A DNA stretch of 64,000 bases from an uncultured Legionellales bacterium (GTDB lineage Bacteria > Pseudomonadota > Gammaproteobacteria > Eutrophobiales > Eutrophobiaceae), in the NCBI GenBank assembly GCA_913046215.1, contig CAJWRJ010000001.1:72897-136896 (forward strand). The letters run 5' to 3'. Position numbers and translations under genes: made by a program. The notes under the pieces are model-generated. The model was given only the letters and a program-made list of their open reading frames with translations. It ran no database searches and was not told the origin of the DNA. Shown here piece by piece: positions 33,035-41,379 of the stretch. Numbering within the stretch: position 1 is the stretch's first letter; the number at the start of each line of letters is the position of its first letter.

Positions 33035-34390
33035 ATGAAAAAAAAATATAAAAACTTTCATATTTTTGTCGGGCTGTTACTTGTGTTAAAAGTATCAATC
33101 ACCACAGCTGAAACATTACCTCAGTATGGCAAAGATATGCATCTAGGAGTACAAACTTGCTCAGGATCAACATGTCATGGTGCCGTTCAACCATGGCAGA
33201 ATTCATCTGTGCTTCAGAATGAAGCAATTACTTGGAAAAAATATGATCATCATGCTCGTGCTTTTAAGACATTAGCAAGCGAGCGTTCAAAACGTATTGC
33301 AAAAAATTTGGGAATAGAAAACCCGCAGAAAGATAATGTGTGTTTAAACTGTCATGCAAATAATGTTCCCAAAGAAAAACGTGCTAAAAATTTCATGATA
33401 AGTGATGGTGTTACCTGCGAAGCATGCCATGGAGGTGCAGAAAAATGGCTAGGCATTCATGTTTCCGGAGTGGGTGGACGTGAAGAAAATATTAAAGCTG
33501 GGCAGTACCCAACCGAGGAGCCTTTAGCTAGAGCAAAACTTTGTTTAAGTTGTCATTATGGTACTGAAAATAAATTTCTTACACATAGAATAATGGGTGC
33601 AGGCCATCCAAGGTTAGCTTTTGAACTTGACACATATACTGCGACACAACCAGCACATTACAAAGTTGATGCAGATTATAGACAAAGGAAAAGATGGAGC
33701 AATGGTGTTAGAACATGGGCAATCGGACAGGCAGTTGCTGTCGAAGAAACCTTAAATGCGTTGACAGATAAAAATAGAAATCGCCAAGGTATTTTTCCTG
33801 AACTTGTATTCTTCGATTGCCATGCTTGTCACCACCCTATGTCTAATCTTCGCTGGGAGCGAAGAGATAGTGTAGGTCTTGATCCTGGAATTCCAAAACT
33901 AAATGACGCAAACATTGTAATGTTGCGAGTAATTTCTTCTGTAGTTGATCCAGAACTTGGTAAGCGTATAGAAGAAGAGACTAAACGGTTACATCAAGCA
34001 TCAATGAAAGGCGGTGATGCAACGTTTGAAGCCGCGGATGTTTTGAGATCAACCTTAAAAGGCGTTGTTCAAAAGATTAGTAAACATACTTTTAATCAAA
34101 AAGAAATGGAAAAAATACTTAATGCGCTCTTAGAGTTTGGATTTCATGGTGAATATGTTAATTACATAGCAGCTGAACAGGCTACTTACTCAATTGGTAG
34201 CGTCATCGAGGCTATGAAAGATAGTGGAATGATAAGAGGGAAGGCGATTGAAAAAGTTAAAAAAGCAATGGACATGGCCTACGAAGCGGTTAAATCTGAT
34301 GAAAAGTATCGTCCTTCAGAATTTGTCAAAGCAATTGAAAATATAAAAAAATCCGTAAGTCCGGAATTACAGCTTTCAAAAAAACACTAG
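33035..34390 (+). CDS. secreted pentaheme c-type cytochrome (4 CXXCH + 1 CX4CH) with a non-heme alpha-helical C-terminal domain
   Basis: Signal peptide MKKKYKNFHIFVGLLLVLKVSITTAETL. Heme sites CSGSTCH, CLNCH, CEACH, CLSCH and CHACH fall in the first ~270 aa. The remaining ~180 aa are heme-free and predicted helical. Confidence 0.8.
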   Translation: MKKKYKNFHIFVGLLLVLKVSITTAETLPQYGKDMHLGVQTCSGSTCHGAVQPWQNSSVLQNEAITWKKYDHHARAFKTLASERSKRIAKNLGIENPQKDNVCLNCHANNVPKEKRAKNFMISDGVTCEACHGGAEKWLGIHVSGVGGREENIKAGQYPTEEPLARAKLCLSCHYGTENKFLTHRIMGAGHPRLAFELDTYTATQPAHYKVDADYRQRKRWSNGVRTWAIGQAVAVEETLNALTDKNRNRQGIFPELVFFDCHACHHPMSNLRWERRDSVGLDPGIPKLNDANIVMLRVISSVVDPELGKRIEEETKRLHQASMKGGDATFEAADVLRSTLKGVVQKISKHTFNQKEMEKILNALLEFGFHGEYVNYIAAEQATYSIGSVIEAMKDSGMIRGKAIEKVKKAMDMAYEAVKSDEKYRPSEFVKAIENIKKSVSPELQLSKKH

Positions 34391-34516
34391 GTGATTAGCC
34401 AAAATCTGGACAAAATTACGACCTAAATTATCATCAAGTGTTTTATAGAATAATATTATTAGATAGTGTATTTTTTCAGTATGAGATTAGAAAAATCACC
34501 GAATGTAAGTCAATAT

Positions 34517-36349
34517 ATGGTATTTCCAAAAAAGACACTTTTTTTACTCGTAGGCATTATTTTTTTCAGTGTCTCAAGTGCTAATGAACCTATTATAGAT
34601 CAAGACCTAAAATTACCCGATAATTATCAATCTCAGTGGGAGAAAGTTGCTGGTGATTCTGAACCCGTAATGCCAGGCGGGGGAGACGGATTAGATCCAC
34701 ATCTTAAAATATTACAACAATCGAAATATCCATCAGCTGCACTTTGTGGAAGATGTCACCAGCGTATTTTTACTGAGTGGGCTTCATCAAACCATGCTTA
34801 TGCATCAATTTCGCCAATGTTTCACAAGTTTGAGCAAGCGGTCAATGCATTGACGTCTGGCACGATGGGTACTTTTTGCGTGCGTTGTCATCAACAAGTC
34901 GGTACTCAAGTCGGAGAAACTCGCGAAGCACCTCTTTGGGAACGTTCACAAGTTGCTAGAGAAGGTATCACATGCATTACTTGCCATAGAGTTAATCAAG
35001 CGTTTGGAAAAGTAAATGGCGAGCGTCACATACAGCCAGGGACTATTTACGAACCAGTATATAATACTGGCGATGCGCCAGGTGTTGCAGAGGTGATATC
35101 TGAACGTGATTATTATAAAGTTGCAACGAATCCTGACGAGGAAGGCTTCCCGATACACGGCGGCGCTCAAGTTTTCGAGACAATTGGAGAGTCTGAGTTT
35201 TGTGTTTCATGCCATCAGGTCGCAGTTAATTTAGGAATTAAGTTAGAAGTTGTATGGGAACAGTACCGTGATAGTCCTGCGCATGCGAAGGGCGTGACTT
35301 GTCAAGAGTGTCATATGGGCAAGATTCCGGGAGAAGCAAAAGGCTATGATACTGGACCTGTTGCTATAGTTAATGGACGCGTTGTTGGAGATCCAAATCG
35401 TAAACATTCAAATCATGCATTTTACGGACCCGGTTATCCAATTGCTCACCCTGGTTTATTTCCATTTAATGTGCGTTCATTGAAATGGTCTGTAAAAGAG
35501 TGGCTGACATTTAATTATCGAAAGCCATGGGGTAAGCCTGATTGGGAGGATAAGCTCGAACAAGGATTGGTGGAAAAACCAGAATTTCCTGAAATATGGT
35601 CGACTAGACAGGCACGAGAAGAAGCTAGATACATAATTGGCCAGAACAATAAATTGCTCGAGAATAAAAAGCTAGATCGTTTAGCTGTAATGGAAAATGG
35701 AAGCCGTATTGATGGACCATTTTTTGATAATGGTAAACCAGAAATGGGAAAAGATTTAAAATTTCGTTATCGAATTACAAATGTTGATGAGGGACACAAT
35801 CTTCCATCTGGTTCTTTAGGCGCACAACCAGAAATCTGGCTCAATGTCGTACTCACAGATCCTGATGGCGAACGTGTATTTGAATCAGGATATGTTGACA
35901 AGTACGGAGATATGGTTGATTTACATTCGTTAGAGTTGGCCGAGGGCACAATAGAACACGATGATCAACTTTTTAATCTACAAACAAAATTTTTGACAAC
36001 CAATATTAAAGGTACTGATCGCGAGATGTATCTGCCTGTTAATTTCGATATAGATCAACTCCCATTTTTAAGACCTGCCCCACAACCAACGACTGTCATG
36101 AATCATCCACCTTTCGTGAGAATGGAGGGTCGTTCAATACCACCTTTAGCTTACCGTGATGCTAAATATAAAGTCTCCGGTGATTTAATAAAAAAATCTG
36201 GCACATATAAATTACAAGTAAGAATGCGAAGTCGTGCGGAACCAATTTATTTTATGAAATTTGTTGGTGCAACACTTGATATGGAAAAAAGAATTAATGA
36301 CTGGATGATTGATATTCATCCATACTCAGTCGATTTTGATATCAATTAA
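34517..36349 (+). CDS. secreted pentaheme c-type cytochrome with a ~300-aa non-heme C-terminal domain
   Basis: Likely start MVFPKKTLFLLVGIIFFSVSSANEP (signal peptide). Heme sites CGRCH, CVRCH, CITCH, CVSCH and CQECH. The track ORF begins at 34466. Confidence 0.8.
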   Translation: MVFPKKTLFLLVGIIFFSVSSANEPIIDQDLKLPDNYQSQWEKVAGDSEPVMPGGGDGLDPHLKILQQSKYPSAALCGRCHQRIFTEWASSNHAYASISPMFHKFEQAVNALTSGTMGTFCVRCHQQVGTQVGETREAPLWERSQVAREGITCITCHRVNQAFGKVNGERHIQPGTIYEPVYNTGDAPGVAEVISERDYYKVATNPDEEGFPIHGGAQVFETIGESEFCVSCHQVAVNLGIKLEVVWEQYRDSPAHAKGVTCQECHMGKIPGEAKGYDTGPVAIVNGRVVGDPNRKHSNHAFYGPGYPIAHPGLFPFNVRSLKWSVKEWLTFNYRKPWGKPDWEDKLEQGLVEKPEFPEIWSTRQAREEARYIIGQNNKLLENKKLDRLAVMENGSRIDGPFFDNGKPEMGKDLKFRYRITNVDEGHNLPSGSLGAQPEIWLNVVLTDPDGERVFESGYVDKYGDMVDLHSLELAEGTIEHDDQLFNLQTKFLTTNIKGTDREMYLPVNFDIDQLPFLRPAPQPTTVMNHPPFVRMEGRSIPPLAYRDAKYKVSGDLIKKSGTYKLQVRMRSRAEPIYFMKFVGATLDMEKRINDWMIDIHPYSVDFDIN

Positions 36350-36359
36350 AAAAAAGATC

Positions 36360-38825
36360 ATGCCTCTAAAACATAATAAATTAAATAAGATTTATAGTTT
36401 ATTTTTATATAGTGCACTAGTTTTATTTTCATACCAGCAGCCATTATATGCGGATGTGTTGACTTCAGTTAATGATTGGGCGAAGGCTTGGGCATCACAA
36501 AATGTTGATCAATATTTTGAAAGTTATGCTGAAGATTTTGCGCCCTCTCAAGAACATACTAAAAAAACTTGGAAATCTCAAAGAGAGAGTAGATTGTTGT
36601 CTCCAAGTTTTATCAAGGTGACATTATCTAATATAGAAATCAGCCAGCACTCTGAGGATTTTGCTGATGTGCTTTTTACACAAAACTATAAGTCAGATAG
36701 CTATTCTGATGAAGTGACAAAACAATTGAGAATGCAAAAAATTGATGACAAATGGCTGATTATAAAGGAAAAAACTATAAAAATAAGACAGAAAACAGAA
36801 CTCCAATTAGTGAAAAAAAATGAGGTTTTAGAGGACACCACAACAGTCCAAATCGAACATGATGTTAAAGAGGCCTTGAATAGTTGGTCAAAGGTTTGGT
36901 CATCTCAGGATATTGATGGTTATTTTGCAGCTTACGCTGAAGATTTTTCGCCATCCAACATATCAAACAAAAAAAAATGGAAAAAACAACGTCATAATAG
37001 AGTCATTAGTCCAAGCTATATAAAGGTAACTCTTACTGATGTGAAGATTACACAACACAGTAAAAATAATGTCGACGTAGTATTTAATCAAAATTATGAA
37101 TCTAGTAATCACAGCGATGATGTTAGAAAACTTATTTCCATGCAGAGGGAAAATGAGCGATGGTTGATCACCAAGGAGAGAGTAAAAAAAGTTTTGATTG
37201 ATATTAGTGAAGACCTATCTTCACAAGACAAAACTAATCTTATAGCAGAATTAGATTCTCACAGTGATAGTTCAATAAATTATGCAGATGTTGTTCCTGT
37301 TGAAGATGATTTGAAAGATGAAAGTATTTTACGAAGAAGAGATGTACCCGCCGATACTGTTTTAGAGAAGAGAAGTGGTAGTCCTAAACATAAAAGTCAC
37401 CAAGCGCCACCCGAAATGGATCCTCATGTTCGTCCATCTGAATTTGAGCCAGATCTTTTTGGAAGTGATCCAGTATATCCAGATAATGTTTATGATGTTG
37501 CTGAGCAAATAAAAATTTATGGTGGAAAAACTCCATTTGATGAACCACGTCCAATACTAGAATTTGGTTATCCTCTTTATTCCGAGGGTGCTTTGGGTAG
37601 AACCTATGATGTTATTGGAGAGAAAAACTTGTTAAGACCACAGCTACTTGTATACGGTGATTTTAGAAGTGCTCTTGCTTTTAACGACAATGGCAACAAG
37701 GAGATTGGTCAGATCGCTGCAAGGTTGAATCTTGATGTTGATTTAAAATTAACCGCAACAGAACGTATTCATCTTTTTCTTCGTCCTATTGATAAAAATA
37801 ATAATTTTCTTCGTCACGAGTTTTTTGGCGATGATCATAATGACTTCGATTTTGTGTTAGATGCAAATCTTGAGACTATTTATTTTGAGGGTGATATAGG
37901 GGCCATTCAATCGGGATTAACAAATGAATGGGCAACTTATGATTTGCCCTTTGCTATTGGTTTCATGCCTTTGCTTTTTCAGAATGGAATATGGCTTGAT
38001 GACGCATTTGTAGGTGCTGCATTTGCTATTCCAGCGATGAATTCTCCAAAGTACGATATATCAAATATGGATATTAGCTTTTTCACTGGTTTTGACAAAG
38101 TAACAACTGCAGCATTAAAAAATGGAGCTGGTCAAATAGAGGATAGTAAGGGAAATGTTTTTGGTGTAAATGCATTCGTGGAAACTCGACAAGGATACTT
38201 AGAAGCCGGTTATGGTTTCATTGATGATAAACGTAATGGAAATATATTAAGTGGTTTTGATCATCATAGTTTGACTGCAGCATGGACAAAGAGATATAGA
38301 GGGAAACTTTCAAACTCAATACGTGGTATCTGGACATTTGGACAAACTCCGAATGGAGGCAATACCCAGACTGCTGATGGGTTTGTCATTCTCATAGAGA
38401 ACTCACTTATAACTAGCAAGCCATCAACTTTAATTCCATATGGCAATTTTTACGTTGGTGTGGATAGACCTCAACCACTTGTACGTGGCAATGATGGGCT
38501 TCTTAAAAATACAGGAATAGTCTTTGAAACCGACGGTTTAACAGGATTTCCAAAACTTGATTCCTCTGCTCAAGATGTATTTGGTGGCGCAATTGGTATT
38601 CAATACCTCTTTGATTTATCTAGACAGGCTGTATTTGAAGTTGCAACTGTTCAGCCATTTGGCGGTCAGTCTGCGACGATTGTTGGCGATCAGTACGGAT
38701 TGAGCGCACGATATCAGCATAATTTAAATGATCGTTGGCTTATAAGGACGGACGCAATGATTGGAATTCTTAATAATGCAGAGAATATTTCTGGTATTCG
38801 TCTCGAATTGCGCCGTAAATTCTAA
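36360..38825 (+). CDS. outer-membrane beta-barrel protein with two tandem N-terminal NTF2/SnoaL-like domains (putative porin partner of the cytochromes)
   Basis: Signal peptide MPLKHNKLNKIYSLFLYSALVLFSYQQPLYA. Two ~110-aa repeats (VNDWAKAWASQNVDQYFESYAEDFAPS...WLIIKEK and LNSWSKVWSSQDIDGYFAAYAEDFSPS...WLITKER). The ~540-aa C-terminal region shows alternating amphipathic strands and a terminal ...GIRLELRRKF, the OMP C-terminal Phe signature. Confidence 0.6.
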   Translation: MPLKHNKLNKIYSLFLYSALVLFSYQQPLYADVLTSVNDWAKAWASQNVDQYFESYAEDFAPSQEHTKKTWKSQRESRLLSPSFIKVTLSNIEISQHSEDFADVLFTQNYKSDSYSDEVTKQLRMQKIDDKWLIIKEKTIKIRQKTELQLVKKNEVLEDTTTVQIEHDVKEALNSWSKVWSSQDIDGYFAAYAEDFSPSNISNKKKWKKQRHNRVISPSYIKVTLTDVKITQHSKNNVDVVFNQNYESSNHSDDVRKLISMQRENERWLITKERVKKVLIDISEDLSSQDKTNLIAELDSHSDSSINYADVVPVEDDLKDESILRRRDVPADTVLEKRSGSPKHKSHQAPPEMDPHVRPSEFEPDLFGSDPVYPDNVYDVAEQIKIYGGKTPFDEPRPILEFGYPLYSEGALGRTYDVIGEKNLLRPQLLVYGDFRSALAFNDNGNKEIGQIAARLNLDVDLKLTATERIHLFLRPIDKNNNFLRHEFFGDDHNDFDFVLDANLETIYFEGDIGAIQSGLTNEWATYDLPFAIGFMPLLFQNGIWLDDAFVGAAFAIPAMNSPKYDISNMDISFFTGFDKVTTAALKNGAGQIEDSKGNVFGVNAFVETRQGYLEAGYGFIDDKRNGNILSGFDHHSLTAAWTKRYRGKLSNSIRGIWTFGQTPNGGNTQTADGFVILIENSLITSKPSTLIPYGNFYVGVDRPQPLVRGNDGLLKNTGIVFETDGLTGFPKLDSSAQDVFGGAIGIQYLFDLSRQAVFEVATVQPFGGQSATIVGDQYGLSARYQHNLNDRWLIRTDAMIGILNNAENISGIRLELRRKF

Positions 38826-38834
38826 ATAATTATA

Positions 38835-40532
38835 TTAAATTTTTTCTTTTGGCATCATCAAGTCTTCGCGATGAAAGCCATGACATTCAGTACAGGTGCT
38901 TTTTACTTTTGTTGTCGTTGTTTCTCCACCATGGCATTCCTGACAAGTTGTAATTGACGGGAGCAGTATATCGGTAGCTTTTTCACTTTTTGTTGCATCA
39001 TGACATGTTGTACATTCTCTATCTTTGTGCGGTTTATGATTAAAGAAACTTTTTGGTAGCCACTTTGTTGGTACATGAACAGTTGCTATATCCCATCTAC
39101 CCGTTTTTTTATTTTCTACAATTTGGTGACATTCTCCACATAGTCCACGACCATATCTTCCTTGTACAATTTCTTCGGCTTTTGCTTCAGCCCATTCTAG
39201 AGCCGCCTTCTTTTTTTCTTTAGTATCAGGTTTATCGCCTATTAGTTTACGAAAAGTTGATGTTTCATCATTTAATGTATTTGACTCAATAAAATTGCCT
39301 CGAAGTGCAAACTCGGCATATGTTCCTATAATATATTCTTTTGCTAAAGAAATATTTCCATGCGGCATCTCTCTATTAGGTGCTTGAGGTTCAAATTTTA
39401 AGTCGTGGCAACTGGCGCAGTGTTTTTCAAAACTTACAGGGAGTAAAGCAACACCTCCAGTTTCAGGCTCATGGCAGAATCCACACTGAAGAACCGTTCG
39501 TGTTCCATTTGGATGTCTAACTCCATTTTCTTTTAGATGCTTATTATGTGGAAATTTCAAATTCGATCGATCTATTGGTTTTGGTTTTTTTTGATCAATC
39601 GTCACTCTCTCAAAAGTTAAAGGCTGATGAGTTTTTATGAGTGTAGGACGAAATTGAGGATGTTCGTTAAAGTTTGAGACATTTTTTAATTTAGAATTCT
39701 CAGCAACATCTAGGATTTCACTATGGCAGTTGCTACAAAATCTTTCAGTGGTGATAAGCAAGCCCTGATCGCCATTATGTTCTTTATGACAATCCTGACA
39801 CTGTTGTCCATCTAAAGAGGCGCTTGGAAATATAGACGGGTCCGCATGGTGCCCGGCATCATCATGACAATCAAAACATACTTTATTTCCTACTTGTTGA
39901 AATGCATCTGTATGGCATGTTTCGCAGCGATCGCCAAAATGTGCATGCACACTAGAATGAGGGCCTGACAACCAAATTTTATCAGCGGTTGCTAAAATTC
40001 CATTTTTTTTTGTTTCACTTACTGTTTCATTTTTTTTATATTTTATCGTATATGCGGTAAGTGGCCCCAATATTCCAAGCGTGATAATTCCAATAAATAA
40101 AACCCACGCCCATCCTCTAGTACTGAGTCCAAGCGAATCAAACTGTGTATTTGATCGTTTTTTAAATGCTTCTAATTCATCACCTAGTGGACGCGAGTAC
40201 TCAATAGTTAATACAGCATCATATCCATCTTCATTATCTAAGACCTCGATATCATATGGACCAAGATGAATTTTATCTCCCGTTTTTACGGTTGATTTAG
40301 TAAGGATTTGATCATTAACCTGAAAATCACTATCTCCTTGACCCTCTAAGTATAGTTCTCCCGAACGCTCTGTTATTTCAAGTTGAATTAATAGAATTCT
40401 TGGATCAGTTAAGTGAACCTCGCATTCTGAACCACGTCCAAAGCGAATTGCAGGAGATTCTATATCTTCGTCACGCTGAGCATATCCCCCAGAACGAGTT
40501 TTTTTAAGAAGATGTCTAATAAGTACTTTCAT
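38835..40532 (-). CDS. FHA-domain / single-TM / periplasmic decaheme c-type cytochrome fusion
   Basis: 565 aa. N-terminal FHA-like fold (IRFGRGSECEVHLTDPRILLIQLEITERSGELYLEGQGDSDFQVNDQIL...GDKIHLGPYDIEV), TM helix (WAWVLFIGIITLGILGPLTAY), then ten CXXCH sites: CETCH, CFDCH, CQDCH, CSNCH, CGFCH, CASCH, CGECH, CTTCH, CQECH, CTECH. Confidence 0.75.
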   Translation of the reverse strand: MKVLIRHLLKKTRSGGYAQRDEDIESPAIRFGRGSECEVHLTDPRILLIQLEITERSGELYLEGQGDSDFQVNDQILTKSTVKTGDKIHLGPYDIEVLDNEDGYDAVLTIEYSRPLGDELEAFKKRSNTQFDSLGLSTRGWAWVLFIGIITLGILGPLTAYTIKYKKNETVSETKKNGILATADKIWLSGPHSSVHAHFGDRCETCHTDAFQQVGNKVCFDCHDDAGHHADPSIFPSASLDGQQCQDCHKEHNGDQGLLITTERFCSNCHSEILDVAENSKLKNVSNFNEHPQFRPTLIKTHQPLTFERVTIDQKKPKPIDRSNLKFPHNKHLKENGVRHPNGTRTVLQCGFCHEPETGGVALLPVSFEKHCASCHDLKFEPQAPNREMPHGNISLAKEYIIGTYAEFALRGNFIESNTLNDETSTFRKLIGDKPDTKEKKKAALEWAEAKAEEIVQGRYGRGLCGECHQIVENKKTGRWDIATVHVPTKWLPKSFFNHKPHKDRECTTCHDATKSEKATDILLPSITTCQECHGGETTTTKVKSTCTECHGFHREDLMMPKEKI

Positions 40533-40535
40533 TTC

Positions 40536-41378
40536 TTACCAATAAAAAAATACAGCTAGTATGTGAGAGAAAAGTGCAGCCAATAAACCTATCGATAGTG
40601 GAATATGAAAAAATAACCACACTCTTAGAATTACTTTTATTTGAATATCGCGTCTCGCTCGTCTGAGTAATTTTGTTTTTTTTGCAAGTAAAGCGATTAC
40701 CTTTGATATGTTTTGATCGCGAAGACCCATATCAGCAAATTTTTCTTCAATTAAATTCCTAGCATTTAGGGTTGGACAGTCAATATTTTTTGGTGATAAT
40801 TTTTCTATTATATTTCCACCTATACTAGTCTCAGTGGCTGCTTTAAGTAGAGCCGTATTTATTTCTTCAGGCAGTTGCTGACCAGCTTTAAGAATATCTT
40901 GATCTAGTTCTGAAATTTGCCCCATCATTTCATCTAGAGACAGTCCAGCTCGATTTTTTGTCATTAGCTTTGGATAATATGCATAAATAAATACCCCAAC
41001 AACACCACTTAACACAGTTAACAGCATAAGGATGTAAGCAATGGAATGGATATTCCATCCAATCTGAAAACCACTATGTAGAGTTGCGGTAACTACAAGA
41101 GCGAGTCCAAGATAAATATGAGCAGACAACCAAACCTTTAATCCTGTTGCACTAACAGCATATTGCCTTTTTCTAACTCCAAACCAAGTTAACCACAAAA
41201 CTAAAACAGCTGAAATTATCCCCAATGTGTATCCAAGCCATGATCCGCCATTTGGTTCACCCAGGGGGTTATGCCATATATAAAGAACGATTGAGATAAA
41301 AGCCAATGCGACGGCATACCAAAGAAACTTGAGACCTTTATAGATAAAAAAAGAATCATGGACATTACGTGAACTCAT
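40536..41378 (-). CDS. polytopic inner-membrane protein with conserved intramembrane His (putative b-heme / quinol-interacting subunit)
   Basis: Start MSSRNVHD, placed by a TGATATG stop/start junction with the upstream gene; 280 aa. Five TM helices with His in helices 3-5 (LSAHIYLGL, WNIHSIAY, FFHIPLSIGLLAALFSHIL). A ~100-aa soluble loop lies between TM4 and TM5. The track ORF is extended to 41579. Confidence 0.55.
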   Translation of the reverse strand: MSSRNVHDSFFIYKGLKFLWYAVALAFISIVLYIWHNPLGEPNGGSWLGYTLGIISAVLVLWLTWFGVRKRQYAVSATGLKVWLSAHIYLGLALVVTATLHSGFQIGWNIHSIAYILMLLTVLSGVVGVFIYAYYPKLMTKNRAGLSLDEMMGQISELDQDILKAGQQLPEEINTALLKAATETSIGGNIIEKLSPKNIDCPTLNARNLIEEKFADMGLRDQNISKVIALLAKKTKLLRRARRDIQIKVILRVWLFFHIPLSIGLLAALFSHILAVFFYW

Positions 41379-41379
41379 A

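Noticed and set aside
36309-36359. Track start codon for the barrel gene, overlapping the upstream cytochrome gene by 41 nt
   Set aside because: The downstream ATG at 36360 gives a canonical n-region/h-region/AxA signal peptide. The upstream extension (MIFIHTQSILISIKKKI) would bury it.
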